A DNA stretch of 64,000 nucleotides. Source: an uncultured Gammaproteobacteria bacterium. GTDB taxonomy: Bacteria; Patescibacteriota; Patescibacteriia; UBA9934; CAZDDW01. Positions 36,634-45,656 of the stretch are shown in pieces (position 1 is the stretch's first letter; each line of letters opens with the position of its first letter). The DNA is taken from assembly GCA_965231015.1 (NCBI GenBank), contig OZ246408.1, positions 396,488 through 460,487 on the forward strand, given 5' to 3'. Under the pieces are notes generated by a model. It was not told the origin of the DNA. It did not search any database and saw only the letters and a list, made by a program, of their open reading frames with translations. The position numbers and the translations under genes are program-made.

Positions 36634-37938
36634 ATGAAGTCCTTCATTCAAAATCTCATCGGTCGGTTATCAAAAAAAATACTTTCCCGATACCAACCCC
36701 GTGTCATTGCTATCACCGGTTCGGTCGGTAAAACATCGACTAAAAATGCTATTGCGGCAGTGCTGGGAGAAAAATTCAAGCTTCGAGTAAGCGAGGGTAA
36801 TTATAATACTGAATTTGGGGTTCCCTTGACGGTAATTAATGCCAGATCCCCGGGTCGATCACCGTCCGGGTGGTTTGTAGTATTGGCCAAGGCTTACCGA
36901 CTGGCTTATGGAAAAAAAATCGACTTTCCAGAGGTGTTGGTGCTTGAGTATGGAGCAGAAAAACCAGGGGATATTAAATATTTGTGCCAACTGGCTCCAC
37001 CGGATGTTGGTGTGGTGACCAGGGTTTCACCTGTGCATGCGGCGAATTTTGACTCAGTGGAAAAGCTAACAGAAGAAAAGGGGAGCATGGCTGAGTTCAC
37101 AAAAGAAGATGGGGTGGTGGTTTTAAACATTGATGATGAACGGGTGGCAGGCATGAAGAGTCGTGCCCAAGCCGGGGTGGTCACTTATGGATTTTATAAT
37201 TCAGCTGACGTGAGGGCAGAGAATTTCAGTTTTTCAACCAAAGCTGATTCATTGTTTGAACCCGGAGAGATTATTGCTCAGACTATGTTTACTCTTGAGA
37301 TGGATAAGGCTGAGCATGAAGTGGTACTTGATAATTTGATCGGTCTACCGGCTGTGTTTTCGTCATTGGCAGCGATCGCTGTTGGGTTGCAATTAGGGCT
37401 TGATATGGATCAGATAATGGCAGGGCTTACTAAGTTCAAACCAATGAACGGGCGATTAAATATCCTACCCGGGATTAAAGGTTCAATTTTGATTGATGAT
37501 TCGTATAACGCGGCTCCGGCCGCTGTAATTGCCGCACTGGACATTGTGCGTGAATTTCCGCTTTTGAATGATGCTCGTCGGATCGCCTGTTTAGGGGAAA
37601 TGTTGGAACTTGGTCAGTACACTGAAGCCGAGCACCAACGGGTAGGCAAGCACGTGATGGAGCGCGGTTTTGATGTTTTAGTGGCGGTTGGGGAGCGAGC
37701 GAGGGATTATGCTCGTGGAGCCATTGAAGCCGGTATGCGAACGGATAATATTCATACGTTTAAAAATTCCGAGGAAGCCGGGCGATTTATGGACGGGTTT
37801 GTTCGCTCCGGAGACGTGGTGCTCATTAAAGGTTCTCAAGGATCGCGTATGGAGAAAGTGACCAAGGATATTATGGCCGAACCGACTCGAGTCAAAGAGT
37901 TGCTGGTGCGTCAGTTTCCTCCTTGGATTGAAGACTGA
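36634..37938 (+). CDS. murF: UDP-N-acetylmuramoyl-tripeptide--D-alanyl-D-alanine ligase
   Basis: ITGSVGKTSTK P-loop; Mur ligase C-terminal region. Confidence 0.8.
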   Translation: MKSFIQNLIGRLSKKILSRYQPRVIAITGSVGKTSTKNAIAAVLGEKFKLRVSEGNYNTEFGVPLTVINARSPGRSPSGWFVVLAKAYRLAYGKKIDFPEVLVLEYGAEKPGDIKYLCQLAPPDVGVVTRVSPVHAANFDSVEKLTEEKGSMAEFTKEDGVVVLNIDDERVAGMKSRAQAGVVTYGFYNSADVRAENFSFSTKADSLFEPGEIIAQTMFTLEMDKAEHEVVLDNLIGLPAVFSSLAAIAVGLQLGLDMDQIMAGLTKFKPMNGRLNILPGIKGSILIDDSYNAAPAAVIAALDIVREFPLLNDARRIACLGEMLELGQYTEAEHQRVGKHVMERGFDVLVAVGERARDYARGAIEAGMRTDNIHTFKNSEEAGRFMDGFVRSGDVVLIKGSQGSRMEKVTKDIMAEPTRVKELLVRQFPPWIED

Positions 37939-37951
37939 TTTATCCACACCA

Positions 37952-37976
37952 ACCCCCTCCAAAATAGGGGGTTTTA
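37952..37976 (+). terminator. intrinsic terminator
   Basis: CCCCCT..AGGGGG + TTTT. Confidence 0.5.
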
Positions 37977-38001
37977 TGATATAATTTTTTTACTTAATTA
38001 A

Positions 38002-39330
38002 ATGAAATATAAAAAATTTACGCATATGCAATTTTGTAAGTTTGCTGGGCGTACTTGGTTTAGAACGACCGCAGTGTCAGTTCTTGCTTTGTTTACGCTC
38101 GTGGTTGGGGCGCAGGCCGCAACCATCCTTGGGGATTACCTTGAGGTAACCGATGGGGCTGATGGATATTCCTATGTTCACACCGGTGATCAAGGTCTTG
38201 AGGGTGCTGCCGCCGGATGGAGTCCTGATCCAAGCGGTTACGCCGGTATTTGGCTCGAAGGTTATGACGATGACGACGGTGAAGCCGGAGGTTTCTTTGC
38301 TAACACTGAAACCGCTGCTATTTGGAGTCCTGGTGATACTGATTGGATCCTCGGAGTTTATGACGAGGACGATTTGCCAACCACTCATCCAGTGTTTGGT
38401 GTAACTGATTCAGGTGGAATCTGGGTAGGCGATCAAAGTACTTCACCAGATTACGTAAGTGACCCAATGGATCTTGGTGAGGCGTTTTTTGAAGCTGATA
38501 TAGAAGTTGATGGAGTAGCTTACTTTGATGATGATATTGAAGTAGAAGGTAATGCTTATTTCGTCGATATTGATACTGATGGCACTGTCAATGTAGCCAG
38601 CGCAACTGCTACTTATGTTGATGAGTCAGATGACTTGTTGGTAGCTGATGATTTAGAGATTGATGGCAATACTTACCTTGAAGGAAACGTATACACTTAC
38701 GGACCAACCAGTATTGGTGATAGTGCGTTTGAGTCTCATGTAATAACCGGTATTTTGACCCTTAATCAAAATATTATAGTGAACGGAGACGCAACTTTGG
38801 GAAACGGTGGAGGTACTATGACTATCGGTGCTGATAACACCGATTCAGTTGTTGTAAACGGTGATACCGATTTCACTGATGATATTACTGTTTCTGACGG
38901 AGGTGCTAACGCTTACTTCATCCTTGATCAAGGTAGTAGCTACATTGAATTAGGAGATATTGTTGGCGGATCAGGTTTACTCGGCGTTGACTGGAGCTCT
39001 AGCGAGGTCTACGTAGAAGATGCTGATTTCTTTGTAGATAACATCGAAATTAACAGCGGTACTGCAATTGACGGTCATGTCTCAAATACGGCCACTCTTG
39101 ACTTTGGTAGCACAGCTTCTGGGGCTTGTTCTGAATTAACTATTGCTGTTTCCGGTGCCGCTGCTAATGATACTGTTACACTAGGTGCTCCAGCTGCAAT
39201 TGAAGCGGGTCTTACCTGGAGCGGTTTTGTTTCTGCAGCAGATACTGTAACTGTTAGGGTATGTAACCCAACCGGAGGAGCTATTGATCCTGCTTCTGCC
39301 ACCTGGCGAGCTGATATCTGGTCACACTAA
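38002..39330 (+). CDS. secreted acidic protein of unknown function
   Basis: Signal peptide (possible start at the ATG at 38026); D/E-rich. Confidence 0.5.
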   Translation: MKYKKFTHMQFCKFAGRTWFRTTAVSVLALFTLVVGAQAATILGDYLEVTDGADGYSYVHTGDQGLEGAAAGWSPDPSGYAGIWLEGYDDDDGEAGGFFANTETAAIWSPGDTDWILGVYDEDDLPTTHPVFGVTDSGGIWVGDQSTSPDYVSDPMDLGEAFFEADIEVDGVAYFDDDIEVEGNAYFVDIDTDGTVNVASATATYVDESDDLLVADDLEIDGNTYLEGNVYTYGPTSIGDSAFESHVITGILTLNQNIIVNGDATLGNGGGTMTIGADNTDSVVVNGDTDFTDDITVSDGGANAYFILDQGSSYIELGDIVGGSGLLGVDWSSSEVYVEDADFFVDNIEINSGTAIDGHVSNTATLDFGSTASGACSELTIAVSGAAANDTVTLGAPAAIEAGLTWSGFVSAADTVTVRVCNPTGGAIDPASATWRADIWSH

Positions 39331-39360
39331 AGAAACCCTAATAATTAGCCGAAAAAACGT

Positions 39361-40695
39361 ATGAAGAAAGCAAAATGGTTCGGTTGGGGTTTTAAAGCTG
39401 TATCTTTACTGGCCACGGCTGGAATGTTTGCAGCTATGCTGCCAGCCACAGCACTTGCAGCTGACACGGTAACATTCAATGAAGACACCGAAGTCAACCT
39501 AAGTGGAAGTGGAATCGAACTGTTAATTGTGTCCGGGTCAGAGGCAGACGAAGTGATTATTGATGAAACCACTGTGTATGTTGATGTTGATGCCGGAGAT
39601 GAGTTTGTCCTTCGAGCACCAAATCGGAATGAATTGGTCAACGATGGTGGTTTCGACGAATGTACTAAAGATGCCGGCTACTGGCAAATCACTGTGAGCG
39701 GACCGGACACGGTAACCTTCACTCCGGCTACCGATAGATGTTCAAGTGGTGGCGGTGGTGGTGGGGTTCCTGTTACACCTACTGTCTCAACTACCCCCGA
39801 AGTTGAAATAACCTATCCGGAAGGAGGGGAGACATATGTTGCCGGTTCAGATGTCAGTATTAGTTGGACCACCAGTGGCTCTGCCTTGGATACTGTTAAG
39901 CTTGAGTACTCAATTGATGAAGGTATAAGTTATGCTCAGATTGTAGATAATGTGGATTACGATGAAAGCCCTTATGTCTGGACACTGCCGGATATAGATG
40001 AAGAAAAAGTAAAAATTAAGATCACTGTTCAAGATGGTGGAAAGTCCTATCTTGATACTGACTATAGCGGATACTTTGAAATAACCAGTGATGAAGAAGA
40101 GGAAGCGGATGAGGGCGATGACGAAACCTCTGAGAATCAGCCAAGTAATATGGGGGATTTTCCAGATGGTGCGAATGTGGCACCAACTACCGGAGAGACT
40201 GGGCCATCACCATTTGACGGAACAACAGAGGATATTTCTCAGGTTGAAGCCGGTCAGTTTATTCGTAGCCCGTCTTTCAACACAGTTTATTACGTGACTG
40301 CTGATCTAACTCGTCGACCATTTTGGGACGGCGTGGCCTTCTTCACCTGGTCAGATTCTTGGGACGAGGTGATCTGGGTGACTGACGCTACTATGCAGAC
40401 TCTTCCTTCCGGAGATCCAATGTTGCCAAAACCGGAAGTGGTGACAGTCAAGGTTCAGTCTGTTCCGGATGTGTTCTGGGTTGAGATGAATGAGGAGGGT
40501 GATTACGAATTACGCTGGATTACGAGTGAGGATGTGGCTATTGCCATGATGGGAGAAACATGGGCAGATTATGTGATTGATGTTGAGCCAACATTAATGA
40601 ATTGGTACGTTGAAGGAGAAAATGTTGATTATGCCTTCGAGGTGGATATGTCGATTATGAAGACTCGAGCCGAGATTGCCGCTCTGTTGCAGTAG
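39361..40695 (+). CDS. secreted acidic protein of unknown function (Gly-rich linker, Ig-like middle domain)
   Basis: signal peptide; SSGGGGGG linker. Confidence 0.5.
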   Translation: MKKAKWFGWGFKAVSLLATAGMFAAMLPATALAADTVTFNEDTEVNLSGSGIELLIVSGSEADEVIIDETTVYVDVDAGDEFVLRAPNRNELVNDGGFDECTKDAGYWQITVSGPDTVTFTPATDRCSSGGGGGGVPVTPTVSTTPEVEITYPEGGETYVAGSDVSISWTTSGSALDTVKLEYSIDEGISYAQIVDNVDYDESPYVWTLPDIDEEKVKIKITVQDGGKSYLDTDYSGYFEITSDEEEEADEGDDETSENQPSNMGDFPDGANVAPTTGETGPSPFDGTTEDISQVEAGQFIRSPSFNTVYYVTADLTRRPFWDGVAFFTWSDSWDEVIWVTDATMQTLPSGDPMLPKPEVVTVKVQSVPDVFWVEMNEEGDYELRWITSEDVAIAMMGETWADYVIDVEPTLMNWYVEGENVDYAFEVDMSIMKTRAEIAALLQ

Positions 40696-40704
40696 GAAAA
40701 ATCA

Positions 40705-40741
40705 AAACGACTCCGTTCTTGTGAGCGGAGTCGTTTTTGTT
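40705..40741. terminator. bidirectional intrinsic terminator
   Basis: AACGACTCCG..CGGAGTCGTT + T-runs on both strands. Confidence 0.6.
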
Positions 40742-40752
40742 TGTCGAGTCTA

Positions 40753-40947
40753 TTAGGCTCGGGCTACATTGATGGCTCGAGGACCCTTGTCAGAATCTTC
40801 AGTCTCAAAGGTGACAGCGTCGTCCTCTTTAAGATCGTCATATTCAACGTCCTGAAGAGATGAGCTGTGGAAGAAGATATCATCTCCACCTTCTTCAGGC
40901 ACGATGAAACCAAATCCATTCTTCAAAGTCTTGATTTTACCAGTCAT
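40753..40947 (-). CDS. cspA: cold-shock protein (CspA family)
   Basis: MTGKIKTLKNGFGFI...; 64 aa. The longer ORF to 41169 is a 5'-UTR artefact. Confidence 0.8.
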   Translation of the reverse strand: MTGKIKTLKNGFGFIVPEEGGDDIFFHSSSLQDVEYDDLKEDDAVTFETEDSDKGPRAINVARA

Positions 40948-41140
40948 AGTAAAAATATATGAGTTAATCTGCAAAACGTGGCTTAGGCTGCAGAAACTCG
41001 ACTTATTTCTACTTAACTTAAGGCAAACTTTTTGCACCGCAATTATAACATGAATAAGTTCGTATGTCAATGGGGTGGGTTTTACTAAAGATTCTAAACT
41101 AAAAGTAACACTTATTTGATAGTAGTAATAATAAAGTAAT

Positions 41141-42081
41141 AAAGGGGTCAAGTCTTGTAAAGGGGTCAAGTCTTGTTAACGACTTTTTTATTATACTTCC
41201 CTCTACTAATCCTTCCAATAACTGATGGGTCAAGTTTCACATATTTTGCAATTTCTGTGGCGGGATACCCACATCGAATACGTGCGAATTGAATCATTTT
41301 GTTTCTTTCTTCTTTTGTTGAAATACTATCAAACAACTCTTCGAGGCTTGGTCTACCCACAATCCTCTGTTCTCTTGGACAATCTTTAATCTGCCCCGAT
41401 CCCCTTGTCTGATTTTCCCGGATCCAATCAATGAATTGTGGACTACCAAGAAGAAATCCGTTCTTTACATCTTTATGAGGATCTCTTGAATTTATTCCGT
41501 CAATTACAAATTGTTCATACATCTTTTGGGCATCACCTTTCTTGTCTGCAAAACACCCCAGAATCGAATCAGAATATAGCCATTTTGGTGACTCAATATC
41601 TTTAACTGAAGATTGAAAACCGCTCCATTTCCAATGACCGGGGTGATTAACAAGGTTCGCCCTAACGGGATTTAATGATATGTATCGAGCCACTTCGAGA
41701 AGGTAGGTTTCTTTTTCTATCACAAATGATTTATACCGCCCTTGAAACAGGTGTCCCACGGTTTTGTGCTTTGCATTAAACCACTGTGTATAATTACCAT
41801 TTATGTCACGCATGGATTTAGACAGATTTGCGTCAGGTGTTTCCAGAAGCAAATGATAGTGGTTATCCATCAGACAATATGCGTGACAAATTATATTATG
41901 CATTTTTACTGCGTCACCAATCCAATCTAAAAACTTCAGACGGTCATCGTCATCATGGTAAATGTTTTGATAACCGTTACCGCGGGCGATTACGTGGTAA
42001 AGCGCGAAGGGATATTCTATTCTAAGCGGTCTTGCCATACAACATTATTATACCAGATAGTCGGTAGCAAGACCTGACCCC
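41141..42081 (-). mobile_element. IS200/IS605-family-like (RAYT-like) single-gene element bounded by 14-bp inverted repeats
   Basis: Left GGGGTCAAGTCTTG (tandem 18-bp copies at 41141-41158 and 41159-41176). Right CAAGACCTGACCCC at 42068-42081; its reverse complement GGGGTCAGGTCTTG matches at 13 of 14 positions. Confidence 0.5.
41166..42038 (-). CDS. HUH Y1 transposase (IS200-like / REP-associated tyrosine transposase family) with C-terminal DnaA-like HTH
   Basis: HYHLLLE HUH motif, catalytic RYI, C-terminal IRCGYPATEIAKYV HTH. Confidence 0.55.
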   Translation of the reverse strand: MARPLRIEYPFALYHVIARGNGYQNIYHDDDDRLKFLDWIGDAVKMHNIICHAYCLMDNHYHLLLETPDANLSKSMRDINGNYTQWFNAKHKTVGHLFQGRYKSFVIEKETYLLEVARYISLNPVRANLVNHPGHWKWSGFQSSVKDIESPKWLYSDSILGCFADKKGDAQKMYEQFVIDGINSRDPHKDVKNGFLLGSPQFIDWIRENQTRGSGQIKDCPREQRIVGRPSLEELFDSISTKEERNKMIQFARIRCGYPATEIAKYVKLDPSVIGRISRGKYNKKVVNKT

Positions 42082-42207
42082 ATTTCCCCATTTCCTTGAA
42101 TTGCAGGGTTGGGCTAATTTTCAGCAAGTATGTCTTACAATGACACAACACTTGACCCATTGCTCCTATCTTGATATAAATGCAAATAGTTTGCAATTAA
42201 TATTATT

Positions 42208-43206
42208 ATGAAGATCGCCTTTGTGGGTAAAGGTGGAAGTGGCAAGACGACTTTGACCGCTTTGTTTACCCATTACCTAAAATACAACCATCCAGAGCGA
42301 CCAGTTCTAGTCATTGACGCAGATCTGAATTTACATTTAGCTGAAGCTTTAAATATCCCCAAAGACCACCGCCCTACTGCACTCTCGGAGCCCAACGCAA
42401 CCAAACAGCTCAAACAGTACATCTGGAACCAAAACGATCGTATCAAAAAAATTGGTGAGATAAAAAAGACCACCCCACCTACGGCCAGCTCAGGTTTTTT
42501 TTGGCTAACCGACCCATATAACCTATTATTCCAAAAATATTGTGTTCAAAATGACTTACACTATTTTGCTCAGGTGGGAACATACCAAAGCGAGGGTATC
42601 GGTCGCAGTTGTTATCACAACAACTTGGCCATTCTTGAAAACGTTCTAACACATACAATTAGCGAAGATGGGTGTGTGGTTGTAGATATGGTTGCTGGAA
42701 CGGATGCATTCGCGAGTTCAATGCACATACAATTTGACTTATTAGTGTTTGTGATTGAACCAACTGTCAAATCAATCAATGTTTTCTCAGACTACGCTAG
42801 ACTTGCAAAATCAGCAGGAATTGCTGACAAGTTGGTAGTTATCGGCAACAAGATACTAAATGATGCTGACGAAAGATTTCTCCGCTCGCATTTGAGTGAA
42901 GATCAACTGTTGTCCATACTCACTTTTTCTGATCACTTGCGTGCAGTTGAACGAGGAGAGACTGATTTTGCATTCACTAAAGTTGAACCAGTAATCCACC
43001 AGGCTATGGATTTGGTCTTTTTGACTCTAGAAAGAAAGAGATCATCTTACAACGACCGACTGAGCCACTTGCAGAAATTACATCAAATCTATGTAGAACA
43101 AGATTATGTGTTTGATCGATTTGGAGATTTGACAGGACAGATTGATCCGGATTTCGATTACAACGAATTTGTGGCTCAGAATAAACACCGTTATGAGCAA
43201 ATCTGA
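42208..43206 (+). CDS. P-loop ATPase of the MinD/ParA/CooC superfamily
   Basis: KGGSGKTT Walker A, DADLNLHL. Confidence 0.55.
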   Translation: MKIAFVGKGGSGKTTLTALFTHYLKYNHPERPVLVIDADLNLHLAEALNIPKDHRPTALSEPNATKQLKQYIWNQNDRIKKIGEIKKTTPPTASSGFFWLTDPYNLLFQKYCVQNDLHYFAQVGTYQSEGIGRSCYHNNLAILENVLTHTISEDGCVVVDMVAGTDAFASSMHIQFDLLVFVIEPTVKSINVFSDYARLAKSAGIADKLVVIGNKILNDADERFLRSHLSEDQLLSILTFSDHLRAVERGETDFAFTKVEPVIHQAMDLVFLTLERKRSSYNDRLSHLQKLHQIYVEQDYVFDRFGDLTGQIDPDFDYNEFVAQNKHRYEQI

Positions 43207-44665
43207 TAACATTTTTACTGGACCGAATTCCTTGGTGAACTATCTTGATCCGGAAAACCATCCGGCAACACCACTAGTGGAACTACCAGATGGGCTAAAT
43301 CCGTTTCGAACGAAGGGTGTCAGGATCATGGCTAAGTTGATGAGTGCAACACCATTACTGAACGTGAAGTCGGTTCCGGCATATAACATGCTAAAACAAG
43401 CTCAATCATTGGGCCGGCTAGATGGTAAAACACATTTGATTGAAAACTCTTCTGGAAACACTGTCTATTCGCTGTCCGTGATCGGAAAAGTAATGTCGGG
43501 CCTTGAAACCTGTGCTTATGTCTCAAATGAGATTACTGAAGGCAAGTTGAAACTTCTTCGTTTTTTCGGCGTTTCTCCTATCGTAAACGAAGAGCCGATC
43601 TGCCCTGACCCGGCCGATAAAACTAGCGGTATTTACAAAGCTCAACAAAGAGCCAAAGATGATGAGCAATGGTTCAATCCTGGACAATACGATAACCCAG
43701 ACAATCCGGCTGCCCATCAAAAGATCACGGGTAAACAAATCTGGGAACAAACTGAGGGTCAAATCGGCCTTTTTTGTGCTGGTTTGGGTACCACCGGAAC
43801 CATGACCGGAACAGCCGAGTATCTTAAAAACAATAATCCTGATCTGGCGACTTTGGGTGTTATTCGGGCTCCCAACAACAGTATCCCTGGACCACGCACC
43901 AGAAATTTATTGTCACAAATAGCGTTCAACTGGGAAGGGGTAGTTGATAACACCGTCGAGATCGGATCCTTTGATGCTTATGCAACCAGCTTGAAACTCT
44001 GTCGACATGGTTTGCTAGTTGGGCCAAGCTCAGGATTTGCTTTAGCTGGCCTATTAAATTTTCTTAAAGAACACTTGACTGATATTCCAGGTGGTTCACG
44101 AGATGAAAATGGAGATTTGATCTGCGTGTTTATTTGTTGCGATACCCCACTGCCGTATTTGGATGACTATTTTTCTGTGCTCGATGAAGAATATTTTCCT
44201 AAGATTGAAAATCAAGAATTATTATTATTCAACAAAGCAGATGTACTTGCTCCGTCCACCCCATCATACGACCTCAAACCACAAGATGCATGGCAGCGGA
44301 TTTATACAATTGATCAAAAACAAGCTTGGCAACAACTAGAGCGAGGCCAAGATGTGAACCCAAAAGATGAGTGGGTAATCGTTGATTTGCGTAGAAAAGA
44401 TCAATTTGAACATGCTCATCTGCCTGGCAGCATCAATATCTTGTACAATGAATTCAATTCTGAAGCTTTTTTTGAAAGGAATAACGACAAGAAAGTTTTG
44501 TTGGTGTGTTCCTGGGGTCTCAAATCTCGGCAACTATGTTCACAACTACGTTTTCTTGATATTGAAGCCCACTCTCTCGAGGGTGGTATTTCCATTTGGT
44601 CAGCTGAACAGTTGCCTCGTTGGCGACCACAAGTTTGTCATTTGAATCATCCAACCCACATTTAA
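43193..44665 (+). CDS. PLP-dependent cysteine synthase-like enzyme fused to a C-terminal rhodanese domain
   Basis: Trp-synthase-beta-fold motifs (GNT, GTTGT); rhodanese Cys loop CSWGLKSRQ. Confidence 0.6.
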   Translation: MSKSDNIFTGPNSLVNYLDPENHPATPLVELPDGLNPFRTKGVRIMAKLMSATPLLNVKSVPAYNMLKQAQSLGRLDGKTHLIENSSGNTVYSLSVIGKVMSGLETCAYVSNEITEGKLKLLRFFGVSPIVNEEPICPDPADKTSGIYKAQQRAKDDEQWFNPGQYDNPDNPAAHQKITGKQIWEQTEGQIGLFCAGLGTTGTMTGTAEYLKNNNPDLATLGVIRAPNNSIPGPRTRNLLSQIAFNWEGVVDNTVEIGSFDAYATSLKLCRHGLLVGPSSGFALAGLLNFLKEHLTDIPGGSRDENGDLICVFICCDTPLPYLDDYFSVLDEEYFPKIENQELLLFNKADVLAPSTPSYDLKPQDAWQRIYTIDQKQAWQQLERGQDVNPKDEWVIVDLRRKDQFEHAHLPGSINILYNEFNSEAFFERNNDKKVLLVCSWGLKSRQLCSQLRFLDIEAHSLEGGISIWSAEQLPRWRPQVCHLNHPTHI

Positions 44666-44797
44666 GGTGATATTGTTGGTTCCAAAAATGCGTCTTGAAA
44701 GGCAATAATTTTGTCTTCTGTTTTTCGACTTTTGAAACCATAAGAATGTCGCTAAACCTAGAAACAAAAAAGACCTCTAGTAATAAGAAGTCCCTTT

Positions 44798-44872
44798 TGG
44801 TGACCCCACGGGGAGTCGAACCCCGGTTACCAGGATGAGAACCTGGCGTCCTAACCACTAGACGATGGGGCC
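44798..44872 (-). tRNA. tRNA-Glu (anticodon CUC), CCA encoded
   Basis: Hand-folded cloverleaf: 7-bp acceptor (one G-U), D stem GUCU/GGAC, anticodon stem CCAGG/CCUGG, loop UUCUCAU, T arm CGGGG-UUCGACU-CCCCG. Terminator hairpin just downstream at 44771-44797. Confidence 0.75.
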
Positions 44873-44984
44873 CGGTGGTTTATTTGTGGGCATAAGATAA
44901 CACAGATTTTTATATTTGTCTAGGGTTAGATAAAAAATACGACCGGGTTCCGCGAGGGGAATCCGGTCGACGATTGTGACATGA

Positions 44985-45512
44985 CTATAGATAGCCGATT
45001 TCGGCCAGCTTGTGCTTGGTTGCCGATGTGAGGTTCTCGGTGTGATCACAGTTTGGCCAGCGCGGACAACCCCAAAACGGATGACCATCACGACGACGGG
45101 TGCGGAGCTTCATCTTGGCTCCACACGAACAGGTCGGGCGCAGTTGTTCGAACGCCTGTTGGTTGGCCGCGGCCACTTTCTGCTGGTGGCGCCGCTCGAA
45201 TTCCTCTTCCTGCTTCTTGCGGTGATACTCTGGCGTGTCCTGCACTCCACCGAACTGTGCCAGAAGAGAGTTGTACTCGGCCGGGCTGATGTTCTTGCGG
45301 TCTACGACCGTCTTTTCCATACCCCCACTGCGCGGACCGAACTTTTCAATCACACTGATTTGCAGGTACCAGTATTGGCCGCTCTTGAACCCCACAAACT
45401 CGAATTCAGTGATCTCATCATCATAGGTTCCAACCTCTCGCCAGTTGAGCTGATGACAAGCCACTCCGGTGTAGCCCATGCCAAGAACCATGTCCACCAT
45501 TTCAAAAGCCAT
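44985..45512 (-). CDS. hypothetical protein with C-terminal topoisomerase-type C4 zinc ribbon, GC-rich, adjacent to the tRNA
   Basis: CSCGAKMKLRTRRRDGHPFWGCPRWPNC. Confidence 0.5.
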   Translation of the reverse strand: MAFEMVDMVLGMGYTGVACHQLNWREVGTYDDEITEFEFVGFKSGQYWYLQISVIEKFGPRSGGMEKTVVDRKNISPAEYNSLLAQFGGVQDTPEYHRKKQEEEFERRHQQKVAAANQQAFEQLRPTCSCGAKMKLRTRRRDGHPFWGCPRWPNCDHTENLTSATKHKLAEIGYL

Positions 45513-45656
45513 GTTGCCTCACTAATCAGGATAGCCCCGATATTCCAAAGATCTGAACATAATATAACCTATTTAGGTCTAAAAAAGCAACAGTTTGAGG
45601 CTAAACCACTTACACACAGGTGACTGACTCTTCTCTGTGATATAATTAAGCTTAAT

